Under the pieces are notes generated by a model, which saw only the letters and a program-made list of their open reading frames with translations, did no database searches and was not told where the DNA came from. DNA of 64,000 nucleotides from Lepidodermella squamata (lineage: Eukaryota > Animalia > Gastrotricha), in NCBI GenBank assembly GCA_047495785.1, contig JBLDXI010000058.1, forward strand, positions 124,001 to 188,000, given 5' to 3'. Of this stretch, positions 25,587 to 40,224 are shown piece by piece (position 1 is the first letter of the stretch; every line of letters starts with the position of its first letter). Made by a program: the position numbers and the translations under genes.

Positions 25587-26737
25587 CTAGTCGCGCTCGG
25601 CCAGCCGGACCAGGTAGTCGTCGATCTCCTTCTCGGTAAGCTTGGTGAAGGGGCGGGTCTTTGAGACAACACCGACTTCGATCTCGCTCGGCTTCAAGTC
25701 AAGCGACAGGATCGACGAGAGGCACGAGACGGCAAGCTCGACAGCCTCGTCCAGGCTGTAATCCTGCTTGGCCTTGATCTTGCGTTCGAGGAAACTAGTC
25801 GCCTCGAGCTGCTTGACGCCGGCGGAGGTGGCGCGGAAGCCGCAGAAGTAACCGGCCGCGTCAGTGCGGTACAACAGCGGCACGTCGCGCTCCTCGTCGT
25901 AGCCGATGAGCATGGCGACGCAGCCGAGCGGGCGCATTTCCGCCGACTGGGTGTACACCTGCGAGATGTCGGCGAGGCGCTTGCACAGCACGTCGACCGG
26001 GATCTCGAAGCCGTTCTTGTACATCCAGTCAATCGCTTCGTACTGCGCTCGCACCACAAACGCGTGGCTGTCCGCCGGCAAACCAGTCATCACACAACCA
26101 ACACGCTTCGTCAACCGATGAACGTTGGTGACGGTTTCTGAAAACAAAAAGGGCACATGTACCTTATTTTGCATCCATTTTTTGAATAAGCAACTTCTTG
26201 TAAAAAATTTAGGTATATATTTTTCCTAACATTACCCAGAAAAGGAATTCCAATATTGATTTTCTTCTCTGAATCTGCTTAAAACTCGGGGTTACGCAGC
26301 TGAAGAAAATTTATCCTTTAAGTTTCCTTTATATGGGAAAATACGATAATAAAAAAATCCACCTTGAAAAATCTGTATCGTTTTTAGCCTCGTCGAATTT
26401 TCTGGTCATGACATCGCATTAAATTTTAGACCTTCTGACCCATTTTGCGGTCAATTCCTTTGGTTATGTAACCTTTCGAATAATTAATGAATTTCATGTC
26501 AACTTTAAGCTAGCCCTTAAGAAAGCTTAAAAGGTACCAACCGGCGACGAGAAGCTTGTCAGGGACCTTCTTCTGGGTCGCGACAACTGCACAGTCCTTG
26601 CCGCGAACACCGACTGAAGTGAGACCACTTTGATTGACCGCTTTCAAGGCATACTCGACTTGGTAGAGGCGGCCCTCGGGTGAGAAAATAGTGATGAGCC
26701 GGTCGAAGCCAGCGCTAGATCCGCGACCGCCAGACAT
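25587..26737 (-). CDS. PSMA6: Proteasome subunit alpha type-6
   Basis: Exons 26737-26542 and 26137-25587. [42 protein letters not shown]-terminal LAERD. Confidence 0.95.
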
Positions 26738-26850
26738 TTACAACACGCTCAAATATATTGGTAACAAGCAGCACCAGACAACTTCTATTAATAAAAAAAT
26801 AGGAATAATTTTTAACCGATTTCATTCAATTTATTTTCCAATGTAGCTTT

Positions 26851-27903
26851 TTATTTATTTTTTCGCATGGCTTCGTGCACCACTTTTCTTTTTGGTAATT
26901 TCATATATATTCTGCGATTTAGCACGGGCCTGCTACCTTGACCTTGAACGAAACGCAAAATATATAGCAATAATATAATCCAGATTGGAAATGGTAATAT
27001 AATAGCAATATTATGTATAACAGCAATAACGAAAATTAAGCATATCAACAGCTTTGAATCTGGGACACGTAATAAATAACAGCGCCAGGGTGTCGACAGA
27101 AGACGCTCGTCCAATCGTCGAATGCATAAGTTTTGGACGCGGTTTACATCCATAAAATAGGTAATATATATAAGCCCTCCTCGGTTAGTAACGAAATCAA
27201 AATACGTATAGAAGCAAGAAATCATAGTACAGCAAGCCATGAACCAGGAAATGGAAAGAGCATATAGTCCAAGATAGTTATTATAATTATAGTTAATCAA
27301 AGTCAACATTACACTAGATATGCAGATGAGAGTGCACACTTCCCAACAATTCCCGCAAAATAAAAGAGACTCACGGCGACGGAAAACACAGCGAAATGAT
27401 TAATGTCTTTGGAATTACGTTTAACATTTAAAAACCAAAGAACATAATAATAAGTATAATATTATGAAGACATAATAAAGCTCGTTATTTTCTAGAAATT
27501 CTAGGTCACATCTACTGCTGCAGTGATCGGCAAACGTCATCTCAAATGAACAAAAGAGGCATAGAAAATAGAGAGACACAGAAAGTGTAACAACCTCGGT
27601 TCTATGAATACAGTAGGAATTAAAAGCATCATTCCAACGAGCAAGAAAAAAAATGAACTGAAGAGCATTTTCCAGTGTATTTCTTTTTACGAATTTCAGA
27701 CTAAACGCATCTGCGTAAGAAAAAAGGCAGAAAGAAAGATAATCTTTTCGAAATTTACAAAGCAGAAAAACGCTGATAGACCAGACATCGGATATAAGTA
27801 TTTTTAACAAAGACGTGTGGATTTTTCTCAGAAATAGAACGATAAGAATCGAAACGGTGGCAAGGCTGGTATTTCTAAATTTTGATGAACTTAATATAGG
27901 CAA
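26851..27903 (-). CDS. Possible orphan multi-pass membrane protein (AT-rich; gene structure unresolved)
   Basis: Two adjacent ~160-codon minus-strand ORFs with several hydrophobic segments, longer than expected in AT-rich DNA. No family recognised. Confidence 0.35.
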
Positions 27904-28404
27904 CGTGAATGCTACAGTACTAATTTGACGCCAACAAATGACGAATCAATCACAGGGGCGAAGAGAAGACACGGCTGCCCTCTTCTTTGGGAGGAAATAA
28001 ATCAAGGCACCAAAGAACAACATACCTCTTACAATCGATAACTCAGAATTGCACCGATATTATAATAGCTTCATAGGGGAAAATTACTAGCTAATCAAGA
28101 CGTAGGTGGCAATGATAAATTATAAAATCCCGTTACCGAGTTTATAACGGAGTCAATTATATTCATAATTTTAACGTTCATCAGCATTTTCAGCATGAGA
28201 AAATAGCCGATCAGCTCGAAACAACTGAAGAGATTTGAGAAGTTCTGACAAGAATTCGAACATGCTAGAGTAGATATTAAACGTTATCAAGTGACAAGAA
28301 CAGAAACTGCACACATCCCCCAAACACGTGAGCAAAAGCTCAAGGCCCATATCATATTTTATATATTTTGAAGTCGGCTTGGCTAAAATGTTAACAATTC
28401 GGTT

Positions 28405-30375
28405 TTAATCGAGTTCTTTGTAGTTTTCTAATTTCCATTTTTGCGAGAGCTTCCCGCTGCACCGAGCTGCATGAAAAAAATCGTTAACAAATCGAATTCG
28501 CAGTAAAAAATAACTTACATAAAGTAGGATTTCTGGCACCTCTGGGCGCATCAACGCAGTGGCCAGATGAGATATGAACCAGTTGTTGAGTTTGGACGTT
28601 GTACCGCCATCGTTGACGATCGTTGGTGGCGTCGGCAGGGGCGCAAGACTGCAACCGCATTCTTTCGCCATCTCCGTCGATGCACATACCGTCGTTCATG
28701 AGTTGATTCGAGACTCCGAGAGAGAATAACTGGTTACCGCCCTGGTAATGGCACCTGTAGAGACTAATCTCAACGCCGGACTTTTCTCCGCCAGTGTCTA
28801 AACACGTTTCGCCGTCGTTCACCTTGACGAAGCCCAGCGAGTAAAAGCGAATGGGCATCGGTCCTTCAGGGTAGATGTTCTCGAGATACCACCTGAAAGG
28901 CTTGCATTCCAGCTTTTTCCGCATTTCCACTCGCTCTGCGATTTCGCCGTACTGCGTATCAGCAGCGCCAGGAGTGATTTTAAGGTAGAAATCTTTGTAT
29001 TCGTCCAGCCAAACCATCGCTGTTCGCATCGAATTATGGTTGAGCACGTAAGAAACGCCTCCGGGCCATTCGTAAGGTGAAACTTTGCGGAAAACGTGAC
29101 CCACACGACTGAAAAATGGAGGAAACAAAATTAGAAATGCCTAAAAAACTGAGCTAATAGCTTTTACCTGCAGGTAACAATTAGAATTTCGCCACCACAT
29201 TGCCACAGGCGGAAAGACATTTCGAGGTTTTCGCCACCCCAGACGATGTAGCCGGGGTCGTAGGCGCCAACTTCGTAGAAGAACTTTTTGTCGATGGAAA
29301 ACAGACCGCCGGCCATGGTTGGCGTGCGGATCGGGACAGACCGGTCCCGACCTCGCCTAGCGCTCTCTCGCTCAGAGACTGCAAACCAGCGGAACTGAAG
29401 TTTCCAGTTAAAACCACCCCAGGTCATGTCAGAACCGGTGGAGTATTCGAAAGTATCGTCGCTGATGACATCGATAATCGGACAAGCGGCGGCCTTTCGG
29501 TTTCGCTTCACCTCGGCAAGTAGCGGCTCGAGCCAGCCGATAGTGCATTCACAGTGGGCGTCCAGGAAGGTAAGAACCTCACCCTTGGCGAGCGCCGCGC
29601 CGTGCAGACGCGCTTTCACAAGACCACTACGCTCGGGCATGCGCTCGACAATGACGCGGGTTGGCAGTTTTTTAAGATATTCATCGAGCTGCTCCTTCAA
29701 GAAGTCAAAGGTAGATGCATCATCGACGAGGATAATTTCGTTGAGCAGGTCGGGCGGCGATCGGTTGATCACCGAAAAAATCGTTCTCATCAAAGTAGAC
29801 CACGCCTCGTTGTGAAACACGATGATAACTGATGTGTCGGGTAGGTCCATCGGGTATTCCTTAGACCGGCAGTCAGACATGCGATAATCAGGTAGGGTAC
29901 GGTTCACACTCATAATGTCACTCGCCATCAAGTTGAATTGATGCACCTTAAACAATTTATCAGCTTCGGATTGTTTATCAGCTGGTATCGAAACTGGGCG
30001 ACCGCCCTCGCCAGGGCCTTCAGGATACGGCCCATGGAAAGCGGAGTTGATGATTTTTCGGATGAGACCAGGCGGACGGGTTTTCTTTTTTGCGCCACCG
30101 CCTGGGTCGCCGCCACGAGGTATGATTAAGCCTGGACGGACTGGTCGACCAGGGTCTTCTTTATCAGTTAAGGCGGCTGCTGATGGAGCATCAGCGTGAT
30201 GTTCAGTGGGATCATGGTCTGACGGCTCGGATGGTATAGTGACCGGCGGGGTGGAGCAGTCCCAGAAAAACTGGAAGAGGAAAATGTCGAGGATGAACCA
30301 CACTGCTGAAGTCAGGAGGATGGCTTTGAGCTGGCTAGGCATTCTTAGTAGAGATCGTCCCCGGGATTTCATCAT
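28405..30375 (-). CDS. Polypeptide N-acetylgalactosaminyltransferase (GALNT1/13-like)
   Basis: Exons 30375-29168, 29108-28519, 28466-28405. N-terminal TM helix, [23 protein letters not shown], ricin-type lectin C-terminus. Confidence 0.93.
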
Positions 30376-31215
30376 CTGTCGGCCATATAAGTATCAATCT
30401 CTAACAATGGGGATGAACCTAGGTAAAACAAAAAACAAGAAATTTAACAGTCATTTCGAAACATTTAATTTTTAAAACTGTAGCCAAAGTTATGAAGAGC
30501 ATAGCTTACAACACCAAGAATAATAGTAATAAATCCATTTTTCATCATCACCATCAAATTTGTTCCGAGATATCAAGAATCATATCATGTCATTAGAATT
30601 TATGAAACGCAGTTAATTGAACAACAATTGCGACCAGCAACTAAAATGTTTCGGCTACAGAGTTACCTTCAACTGCACATTTTCATGTACGATAAAACAT
30701 AATTTGCTAAAAGAAAGCAGCAGTGGTCATGCATCTTTGTCACATAATTAACAAAACACTCGGTAACATGTCGAAAATATGCGTTAAAGATTTCGATTTC
30801 CGTCCGAAAATAAAACTCTGCGACTACTGAGGAAGCGTACGGTTCATGATGATTGTAAATTCCTGTTCCACCGAGTTTGGTCGCTTGATACTAAAATTTG
30901 TGGTGGTAAAATTGTTCAGGTATAAAAGCACGAACTTGAATTAATACTGGAAGCCGAATAACTTTAACGATTGGTCTTACAAACTGGTATTCAAGGCTAA
31001 AACGGAGCAGAATCGTGTTGGCACAGGCTGCACGCAACAGCAGCAACAACAACAACGAATTGAAAGACTGGTGACGGCGTGTCACAAATCTCTAGAACTT
31101 GCATTGCGCCAGCTCTAGATGATGTCATACAAAGCGAGCGAGATGAGATAGCGAAAAACGCACTAATTTTATCTACAGGCATGCACATGGGGGTGAAATC
31201 GGTAACATCGGCTGG

Positions 31216-32621
31216 CTACATCACCGAGCAGCTGCTGCACAACCCCTTGCCGCGGTTCTCCTTTTTCGGGAGACGCTCGTTGCCATTCGCAGGCTGCGCC
31301 CCACCCCCGCCACCACTGCTGCCGCGTTGGGTATGGCGGATGAGTCGCACGATTGTGTGGAAAGCTTCGTCAACGTTCACCGCCGGCGTTTTGGCCGACG
31401 TTTCGATGTACGGAATCTGCAGGTCCTGGCCGAGCTTGATGCCATCGGCCTGCGAAACAGACCGCATGTTGCTCAAATCGATTTTGTTACCGACCAGCAT
31501 CACCGGGTAACGTTCCTGGTCTTTGACACGCAAGATCTGATTGTAGAATTTGGAGACGTGGCTGAAACTCTTCGGGTCAGTCACGGAATAAACCAACAAA
31601 AATCCATCACCGCGGCGCATGTAGCGTTCTCGCATAGCCGTGAAGTCATCCTACAAAAAAAAAACATTTGTAAAAAGATCCTCCTTAATAATTGTAGGTG
31701 ACGTGCGCAAAACAATAGATTGTGGCCATAGATAACAGAAGAACAAGCGAGTGAAGAAGAATGACGGTTTTCTGCTTTTGGGACAGCTATTGTTACGCCC
31801 ATTAAATGGAAAAGTGGGCGTTACTCAAGCACTTCCCATAAATTTGATAGTGCGTTTAAGCCGCCCATTTGAGTTCGAAGCATTATGTATCTCCCTGCAC
31901 AAAGGCGTTGACGACACGCCGTTCAACGAAAAAATGAGTTATTTTTGCATTTTTGGCAGTAGCATATATCCGTTTTGAATTTTCGAGGTTCAAGACCAGT
32001 CCTATTTACCATAAAAATGGGAGCCCAATTCGAAAAAGTACAGCCGGAGAAAAATTTTGCCGAAAATTAGTTGGTTTGCGCTAAAAACCCGCGCAATTGG
32101 AGAAAAAACACAAATCAAAGAAAACCGCTTCGAATTAATGTGCCAGGCTTTCAGCTAGATTTTCCTCTCTTGTTCTTCTGTTCACTGTGATTGTGGCTAC
32201 AACTACTACTAGTAGGTAGGTATACTACTTGTGCTATTTAAGGAAAGAATATTTTAACAAATCACAAATTACGTTATCACAATCCCTTCAGTTTTAGTAT
32301 TCCTTTGAATAATCAAATGTGCAATTATTAGTTGGAAAAAGTACAAAATAATCCATTATTTACCTCGCCGGCCGTGTCGAAAATGTCGAGAACGCACCAC
32401 TCGCCGTCGATTTGGATAGTTTTAACGTAGGAATCTTCGATTGTTGGATCGTAGTCCTCAACGAAAATGTGTTGCAGAAACTGGAGCGTGATGGCCGATT
32501 TGCCGACAGCACCGTCGCCGACTACAACCAGCGTGTACTTGGGCAAGTTGTCGGTCGACATTCCAGGCGCCGCTTCCGCGCCTCCTGCGGTAGCTGCCGA
32601 CGAGGTCGGGTTGCGGCTCAT
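31216..32621 (-). CDS. M-Ras/R-Ras-like small GTPase
   Basis: Exons 32621-32364 and 31650-31216. [36 protein letters not shown] box CSVM. DNLPKY and [14 protein letters not shown] resemble M-Ras. Confidence 0.9.
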
Positions 32622-33087
32622 TTATCACGCTTCTTGTTGCGGGTGTTTGTCGGGTGTTAATAAATTACTTTGTTCAACAAAAAGCCTAGAATTTGAAATA
32701 GTTATAGGTAAATCAAATGGAACGTATTGTTTATTATAAAACAAAAGATGCAAAAAGAAACAACACCAACTTGTTGAGAGAAACAACCGCATTTGATTGG
32801 CTTTTTCAGTTCACTCGTAGTGATTTGGCTCCACTCGGCAAGATGCGTGTTGCTATTATGACATTATGAAATCGTTGCTCATAATATTAGTAATGACTAT
32901 TATTTAGTGCGGAGATCGCTGGTGACCATTATCGGCCCAGAGCTAGAAACCGATGTGCATCTTTCATATATATACGTAGGTATGTTTCATATCAAGTAGT
33001 ATAATAAGACGCTATATTATATAAGACAGGCGCTTTACATCACAGAATCGCATGTGGAAACTAGAAAATGAAGGCATCATCGATTCG

Positions 33088-33691
33088 CTAGTACAGGCTA
33101 GTCTTTTTCATAATGCGTAGAAACTCTTGCTCGCTGATTTCCCCGTCGCCATCGCGATCGGCCTCGTCGATCATTTCCTGCAATAAAGATGTGTATATCG
33201 ATCGGCATCCCGGAAAAAGCGCAGCGATCACTCACCTGCAGCTCTTCGTCCGTCAGATTTTCGCCAAGTTCGCGTGCAACGCGCTTTAGATTCTTGAACG
33301 AGATTTTGCCGGTGCCGTCGTCGTCGAAGAGCCGGAAAGCTTTCTGAATCTCTTCCTTAGTGTCCTTCTCCGCCATCTTTTGGCTCATCAGATGCAGGAA
33401 ATCGTTGAAATCGATTTGTCCGGAGCCTTCCTTGTCGACTTCGGCGATCATTTTCTTGATCTCGTCTTTCTTGGGCTCGAAACCAAGCGCCCGCATCGCC
33501 ACCTTGAGCTCCTTCGCATCGATGTAACCGGTGCCGTCAGCGTCGAACAAATCAAAGGCCTCGCGAATTTCCTGCTTCTGCTCCTCAGTCAGCTCGATCT
33601 TCGGTCCGCTCTTCTTTTTCTGAGCCCCGCCGGGCACTGGTTTCTTGCCCGCGGCACTAGACGCTCCAGCAGCTGCGCCAGATTGAGCCAT
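33088..33691 (-). CDS. Centrin (CETN1/2-type)
   Basis: Exons 33691-33236 and 33177-33088. [18 protein letters not shown], four EF-hands, C-terminal KKTSLY. Confidence 0.95.
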
Positions 33692-33897
33692 TATTAATTA
33701 GAAGACTATTACACACGTAAAAATCTAGACTTGAAAAATTAAGGGTGGTTCAGACTTCAAACACTTTGCTCCGATACCGTTAGGAATGAAAAGAAGACAT
33801 AAATTAGATGTTGCACGCGCATCTTTAGATAATAATATAATTTTCTCGAGGCAAAACCACTTCCCGGTTATACAGGTAAATAATATGAGCAGCAGTT

Positions 33898-36807
33898 TCA
33901 AGACGCAAAAATTAGACTGAGCTGTTCCGTTGACGGGCAGTTGATTATGGCCCGCTCTTCTTCTGAAAAGGCCGGGCTCAGCACAAGTCTGACGAAATCA
34001 GTAACAGCGAATTCGATCCCAGTCTATTTGTGCAAAAAGGAAACATAACCTATGCATGTTGAGATTCGTAGCTCAAAACCTACTCGAATAGGCCGAATAA
34101 GCAGTCGCTCCGTGTCCGCATTGGCAATGTAGAGAGATAGCGCTTCTCGAATGCGAGGAAAGACATTTTTAAGGTTGCGATAAAACTCGCCTGAGACATC
34201 GCTCAGAGACTGAGCGTTGGCCCATGGCTGCGACTTTAAAGCCTCAACCGTTAGAGCACCGCCTTGCTTGTTAATGAAGGCGTTCGCTTTTTCAACAACG
34301 TCTTGCACTTGTCCAGCAATCGACGAAACGGCAAAACTGATGAATTCATCACAGGCTCGACGCAATTCGCGATCGATTTCTTGCCGGCTGTCAATCGTCC
34401 GCTCAACGATTTCGGGAGTTGATTCGAACAAAAATCGCAATAAGGCATTGTTCGAACTTAAGGCCAAAATGCTTGAGCGATTGTCAACAAGGCCTCTTGC
34501 GGCCGCTACAAGTCTCCGACCAACGTCCGGTAAGGCAACGCTAACACGAGAAGCCAAATTATAGGAAAAACCAAATTTGAATATCAGTAGGCGTACCTGG
34601 TTTCACGTAGAACTCCATCGATATGAAGCGGGCCAAGTTGCTCTCGTAGCACTAACAAGTGCTTGACAAGAAAGAGGTGACTATCGACGGTATTTGCGTG
34701 GTTCTGCTTTATTTGAGCAGCAGCCCTCTGCAGAGACAGAATGCAAGCACCCAACGCTTCTTGGCAGATTCCTGCAGAACAAAAATTTCATTCAATCAAA
34801 TGAACCAGGCTGAACACCCAACGAAATGTGCAATAGCAGGATTCTAGGGCACAGGCAGTTTAAAGTGTGTTAGTTCGAAGTGCGTTCATGAATAAATTAG
34901 GCATTCGAAATCCCAGTTATAATACCTGTATATGACGACTTGTCCGACCCTGAACATCAAACAAACACCCGATTAAAGCCACGCGTTGCAGTTAACAAAT
35001 CACTCGGAAAGTGAGTTTACCGAAAAAACAGGACACATCATAACCAGTAAGGCATACCTTGCATAGTAGTGCGGTCCAGGCAGCGGTGGAGACGACACAA
35101 CAGAGTGATAGTTCGCCGCACCGTCGGGTACCAGATAGCTGGAAAGGCAGTTGGGTTGACAGGCGCCGAGGTCACCGGACTGCCAGGGTAAGGACTAGGC
35201 GGCGGTATATTTTGTTGATTTTGCTGTTCGCCGATCGACCGAGCCATTTCCAACTTCTCAGGATAGGCAACGTCGCCTGAAGCTGCGGCATAATTGAGAA
35301 TTTGGTCACGAATGTACTGTGTCGACGCATAGACAAGCCGTTCTTGGATGTCTTGAAGCAACATGCGGCAAGCAGCTTCGAAGCCAGAGAGAGGCGAATC
35401 AAGCACGCTTTCACCGCCTTCAGTCGCAGCATATCCTCCGTCTAAAATTCGCAAATCAATTTTGGAAAAAATTATAATAAATGTTTACTTACACAGGGAA
35501 GAAGTTTCAAATGCCGAGCTGCTAGCCATTTGCGAGTCCATCAGTTCGGCATTGATGGTCATACACATCTCTGCCAGCGTTTCCACGTGACGCGAATGAA
35601 TGACACGAGGCCGAAACAAATCGGTCATGCAGGAACACAGCTCAGTCAACATGATGTCCACATGCTGCGTCGTGTGAGTGAAGAACGCAGAATACAGCTG
35701 CTGCTCGTCCTGACAGAGGCGCCGCAGAAACGCACCGACCGCCTTCAAAAGGGCGCAGTTATTTATGATTCCAGCTCCAGATGCAGGCGAGGCGCCGTTT
35801 TTTGCAACGATATCAGCAACCGAGGCAGCGACTACTGGGGAAAGAAGGGCCTCACGCTGCCGCGCATAAGCCTCGTGGCACTCTGAAATCGCCTGGCCGT
35901 ACTCTTGAGGGTTGCGGTCCAACCGAGCTTCCAAGAGCTCGACTAACGGCCGAACGCGGAAAGCTGCAAGCCGGAACCGACCGTACAAAAAGGCGTAGGC
36001 TACGCCTAGCTTTTCCTCCTCTTCCCCGGTAGCCGAGACGGAAAGGACGTCGATTTGCGGGGTATTTCCATCGAAATTCGCCGTCGCTCTGATGTAAGTC
36101 GTCACCTGATTCCGAATATTCGCCACCGCTTTCGACAACAGCTCGCGATATTTAGCCTCGAAAGCTGGGCCGTCTTTGAAATGACGAGAAGCAACGAAAA
36201 ATGATGTGCACTGATCGAGTCGGTCTAGAATAGCGCCGTAAGTGTCCGGGGAAACGGGGACGAGAGGCGAGTTCAGTCGAGCGGCTAGACGGTCATGATC
36301 TGCGAAGAAACGCAGGCAAGATGATAGCTCTTCCAGCCGATCGGACAGTCCGACTTGTTCTGCGAGCAAATGGTCGCACTGCATGTGCAACGAGCCTGTT
36401 TTCTGAGCTGCTTCGTTATACGTCGCCTGCAATCGCTCGAGATTGTCGAGAATTGCCCCCAACGAGACGAGTACTGCGCCACAACAAGATTCGATCGACT
36501 GGAGACGGGCGACCATTTTTTTCAACGGTTGCTTCGTCGTAGCCATATCATCTGTGATTTCACTCAACCGCAAACCATTCTCCGAGCACAACAGGCCCAT
36601 GAACGTGTTGGCCTCGCGCGCCTCCAGTTCGGCAAAATTGCCATTCGTAGGCGCATTTTCGGAAGAACTAGGCTTTTTCCATGCGATTTCAGCTAGATAA
36701 AGGAAGCTGTCCTTTTCTTCCTCGGTCAAACGGTCATCTGAATAATAGGATAGGTCAATGGCGGCGTTCGATTTCGCTGGTTTTGAGACGATTGTTGAAG
36801 CTTTCAT
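33898..36807 (-). CDS. COG3: Conserved oligomeric Golgi complex subunit 3 (Sec34)
   Basis: Multi-exon. SLHMQCDHLLAEQ, LYGRFR, CQDEQQLY, LQDIQERLVY, DVAYPEKLEM, WYPTVRRT, IDSRQEIDRELR. Confidence 0.9.
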
Positions 36808-37208
36808 TTAAATCGTCTAAATCAAGTAGAAAAATGGAACATATTGCAGTTTTATCTCAAAATAAAAAAAACTTCACAAGACATGATCATCAGAAAGTTG
36901 TTAGTAGATATTGAAGCCAACGACTACTTTGCGATGACATTTTGCATCAGCCCTAAACCGGCATGTATGGCAATGAGCGTCTTTCATATAACAAATACGA
37001 AAAGATAGCTTATGTAGCAGGTAATGTGATGCGCGTTAATGTGACACAACACGGCGCACCCGCCCGGGTGGCTATAACGTTAGTCATCAATTTCATAAAA
37101 CCATGAGCGTTACGACAATACGATAAGAGACAGACATCGACAACATGGGCGTAAAATCAAATCGCCTTTATACATATAGTTAACAGTGCACTTGTGTATC
37201 GCGTGTTT

Positions 37209-39243
37209 TCACAGAAGGTTCGACGGAATACGGAAGAAGTCTTCGGGCAGCGGCGTGCAGTGAGTCGCGTTGAAGTCCTTCACGCAGTGGAGCAGCACGT
37301 ACGCCAGTAGTTTGCGGCGGAACTCGAGAGGCATGTCCGCGCCCAAATCAGTGCTTAGCACCTTTCCGTTTGATTGTTGCATCTTTTCGGAGTATGATTT
37401 AATGTAATCGCGACAGTCAGACCGGTCCTTGAAATTCAACATTACTAAAACAATAAACGCGTAAAAATCACTCAATAATCAAGGAATAATCATCTTACAG
37501 TTAACTTCAAGGGGTTCAGAAAGCCATTCATATAGTTTATCAACAGTTTCCATTTCATCTGATCGGTCACTGGCAGGGTTGGCATAGTCCACCTTAGGCA
37601 CAAGTGCAGGAAAACGATGTCTTAAGGTCGACACTATTAGATGATTAATGCAGTTTGTCGCAAGTTGGCCTGGAACGAGTGATATGATTTCATCGCGGGA
37701 GCGCCGCACAAACTGAACAGGCCCGGCGTAGCCTCGGACATTCTTCGCCACGTCAAGGTTGAAATGACTTTTGATGGTCGAAGTCACTAGAGGGTGCAGA
37801 ATCGCCGGCATTTGCCGCTGAGCCATCGCTTCAATATTGTCGAAAGTTGCATCGAGGAGAACAGCCCGAACCGGTGGGTTGGCGACAGACGCCAGCCAAC
37901 TAGCCGTGAAACCACCGATAGACCAGGCGAATATAACGATATCTTGACTAGAAAAGCCGAGCTCAGTTGTTGCGAAGTGATAAACGGAGGCTATGGCGGC
38001 GCGGTCGTTTTCAGGAAACGGCCAACCAGACGACCCTGCGAAGCCAGGGTGGTTCCAGCCCAGTAACGAGTAGCCAAGCGGGTTCGGCGTCGTCATCGCC
38101 CCCACCTCCCAGAACCCAGCATTACCCTCCGCGCATATAACTAGGATATTACCATTCGGCGAACTGTTATCCTTGTTGCGTCGATCAACAAAACAGGTAT
38201 CGATTTCGTCGTTGAGCGGTGTGCGTAGCTTAAATCGCCGTCCGCCTCGTTCAGTCAGCCATTTCGTGCGCTCGATGGTCAGTTGCGGGCCTACCATCGC
38301 GTTTATCAGGCCCGTGCAACCGGGATAGATCATGCGAACGCCGATGATGTTAGCTACTAGTGAGTTGATCCAATACTGGATCGGATTGACGGCGCGTTCC
38401 TCGCGATATCTGAATAAATTAAGGCTAAGAATGAGAAGCGCATCGAGAAATCAAACTAACTTGAATAAATGCGGGTTCTTCTCGACCATGTCAGCGCTTA
38501 TCACGAAATCAGCCGGCCAAGCGTCAAATTCAAAGTCATACTGACGCAGCTGTTCCATGGCATCGTCAGCCGATGATGTCGCTCGCTCTAGTTGCGCCTT
38601 CGTGAGCACTTTAATAAAGCGCTGATATTCGGGGTTGAAATAACGAGACAGTCCGCGCAAGAGCATAGCCGGCAAGAAAATGCCTGCGCTCACTATGGCA
38701 ACCTTGCTAAGGTAAATGGCGCCGTCTCGGCTAAAATAACCGCGCCGATACATTATTGGCAAGACAATAGGCCATAAGGCGTACAGCAGTCGGAATACGA
38801 ACAATGTCTGCAAAAAAATCAACGTAATGAATGAGTTATACCGTGCTACATGCAATAGTGGATGCATATGAAGGTATACTGGCTAAAAGTAGAAACGCAA
38901 TAATTGCCCAACAAGGCCCAAAACCTCTATTCTCTATTTCTGGTGTTAGTAATTCTGCTACCCAGCATCTAATCAGTATTCTTCAATAACTGCTAATTGC
39001 CTTGGTGCTAAAAAAATCCACCTTAATAGTCCCAAATAAAAACAATCACTGGCTTACCGAATTAATGGCAGTTGAAGTCACAGATTCGAGCCGATGAGGT
39101 TCATAATCGTTACTGTGCACATGAGAATGTTGATGTTGCTGTTGTTCTTGTTGGGCGGAAGTAATGCTTGATCGCGATGAGTAGCGGGTGTATAGACTTG
39201 GCCCGACTATGCACCGCCATAGGGTAGACAATTGACTAGGCAT
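37209..39243 (-). CDS. ABHD16A: ABHD16A/BAT5-like serine hydrolase
   Basis: Multi-exon. CAEGNAGFWE, LGWNHPGF, nucleophile elbow WSIGG, LDATFD, RRSRDEII, C-terminal HCTPLP. Confidence 0.9.
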
Positions 39244-40224
39244 GGTTTTGCATAAAAATTAAACCATTGCACGTAAAAATCTAAGAAATTACAACGAAAA
39301 TAATTCAGAATTGATTTAAGGTATGATTTAATTCACACGAAAGAATCATTTCACGTGAGAGAATTACAGTGGCAACAAAACGTAACTCGTTACGTAATGG
39401 GTCAAATAGCTTACTTTTCACCTATAGCTACAGAGTGGCAGGCAGTTCTTCCATTTTATCAAGGAAATTGTGCACAGTCTTAGCAGTGAGAATTTTCGAA
39501 TTACCTCGAATTCATAATGAACAACATTGAAGAAAAGAATCAAGGATTATAAATCACACGTTCAAGGAAACGAGAATCATCAGTATCATCGATGCTTGCA
39601 TAGCTACTGTACTACGGGGACACATTCTACCAACGAGGTGCTCGTTACAATGTGATTTGTCTTCAACTTAAAAGCAAGCAGTGGGGCATATTCAGTCAGG
39701 ATATATTCCTCGCTACCAAAATCAGAAACTGTATTAGCAGCAAGATCAATCAGTTAGTAGCTAGTGCACTCGATGCGAAAAAAATATAATCGAAAGGCCA
39801 GAAAGATGGACACAATCGGCTGATTAAGTGAACACAATGTGAAAACAAAACTAAGTAACAGCAGAGTAATGAACCACCAGTGCGATTTAGGAAAATCATA
39901 TAAGTAAATATTCATCTCGTGTTCGTGTGTACCGTGCATGATATCAGTAAATAATTATTTCAGTGTATGATTTGTGAAGATGTTCATTTCATATATTTGT
40001 ACATATCACCGTACCACGCAAGGGATTGCAATATACGAATAATTCAACGTAAAGCTATTTATATATTTCTCATCATCATCTAATCACCAGAAGTCAATTT
40101 ATACACTCTAACGTAAGATGGAGATATCAATCGGTTTTCGCACGCAACAAAATATAGGGATGTGCGATAATTCTCACGCGACGTACGAAACGGTAATTTC
40201 GGGTAAAATTAACGCCCCCGCTGT

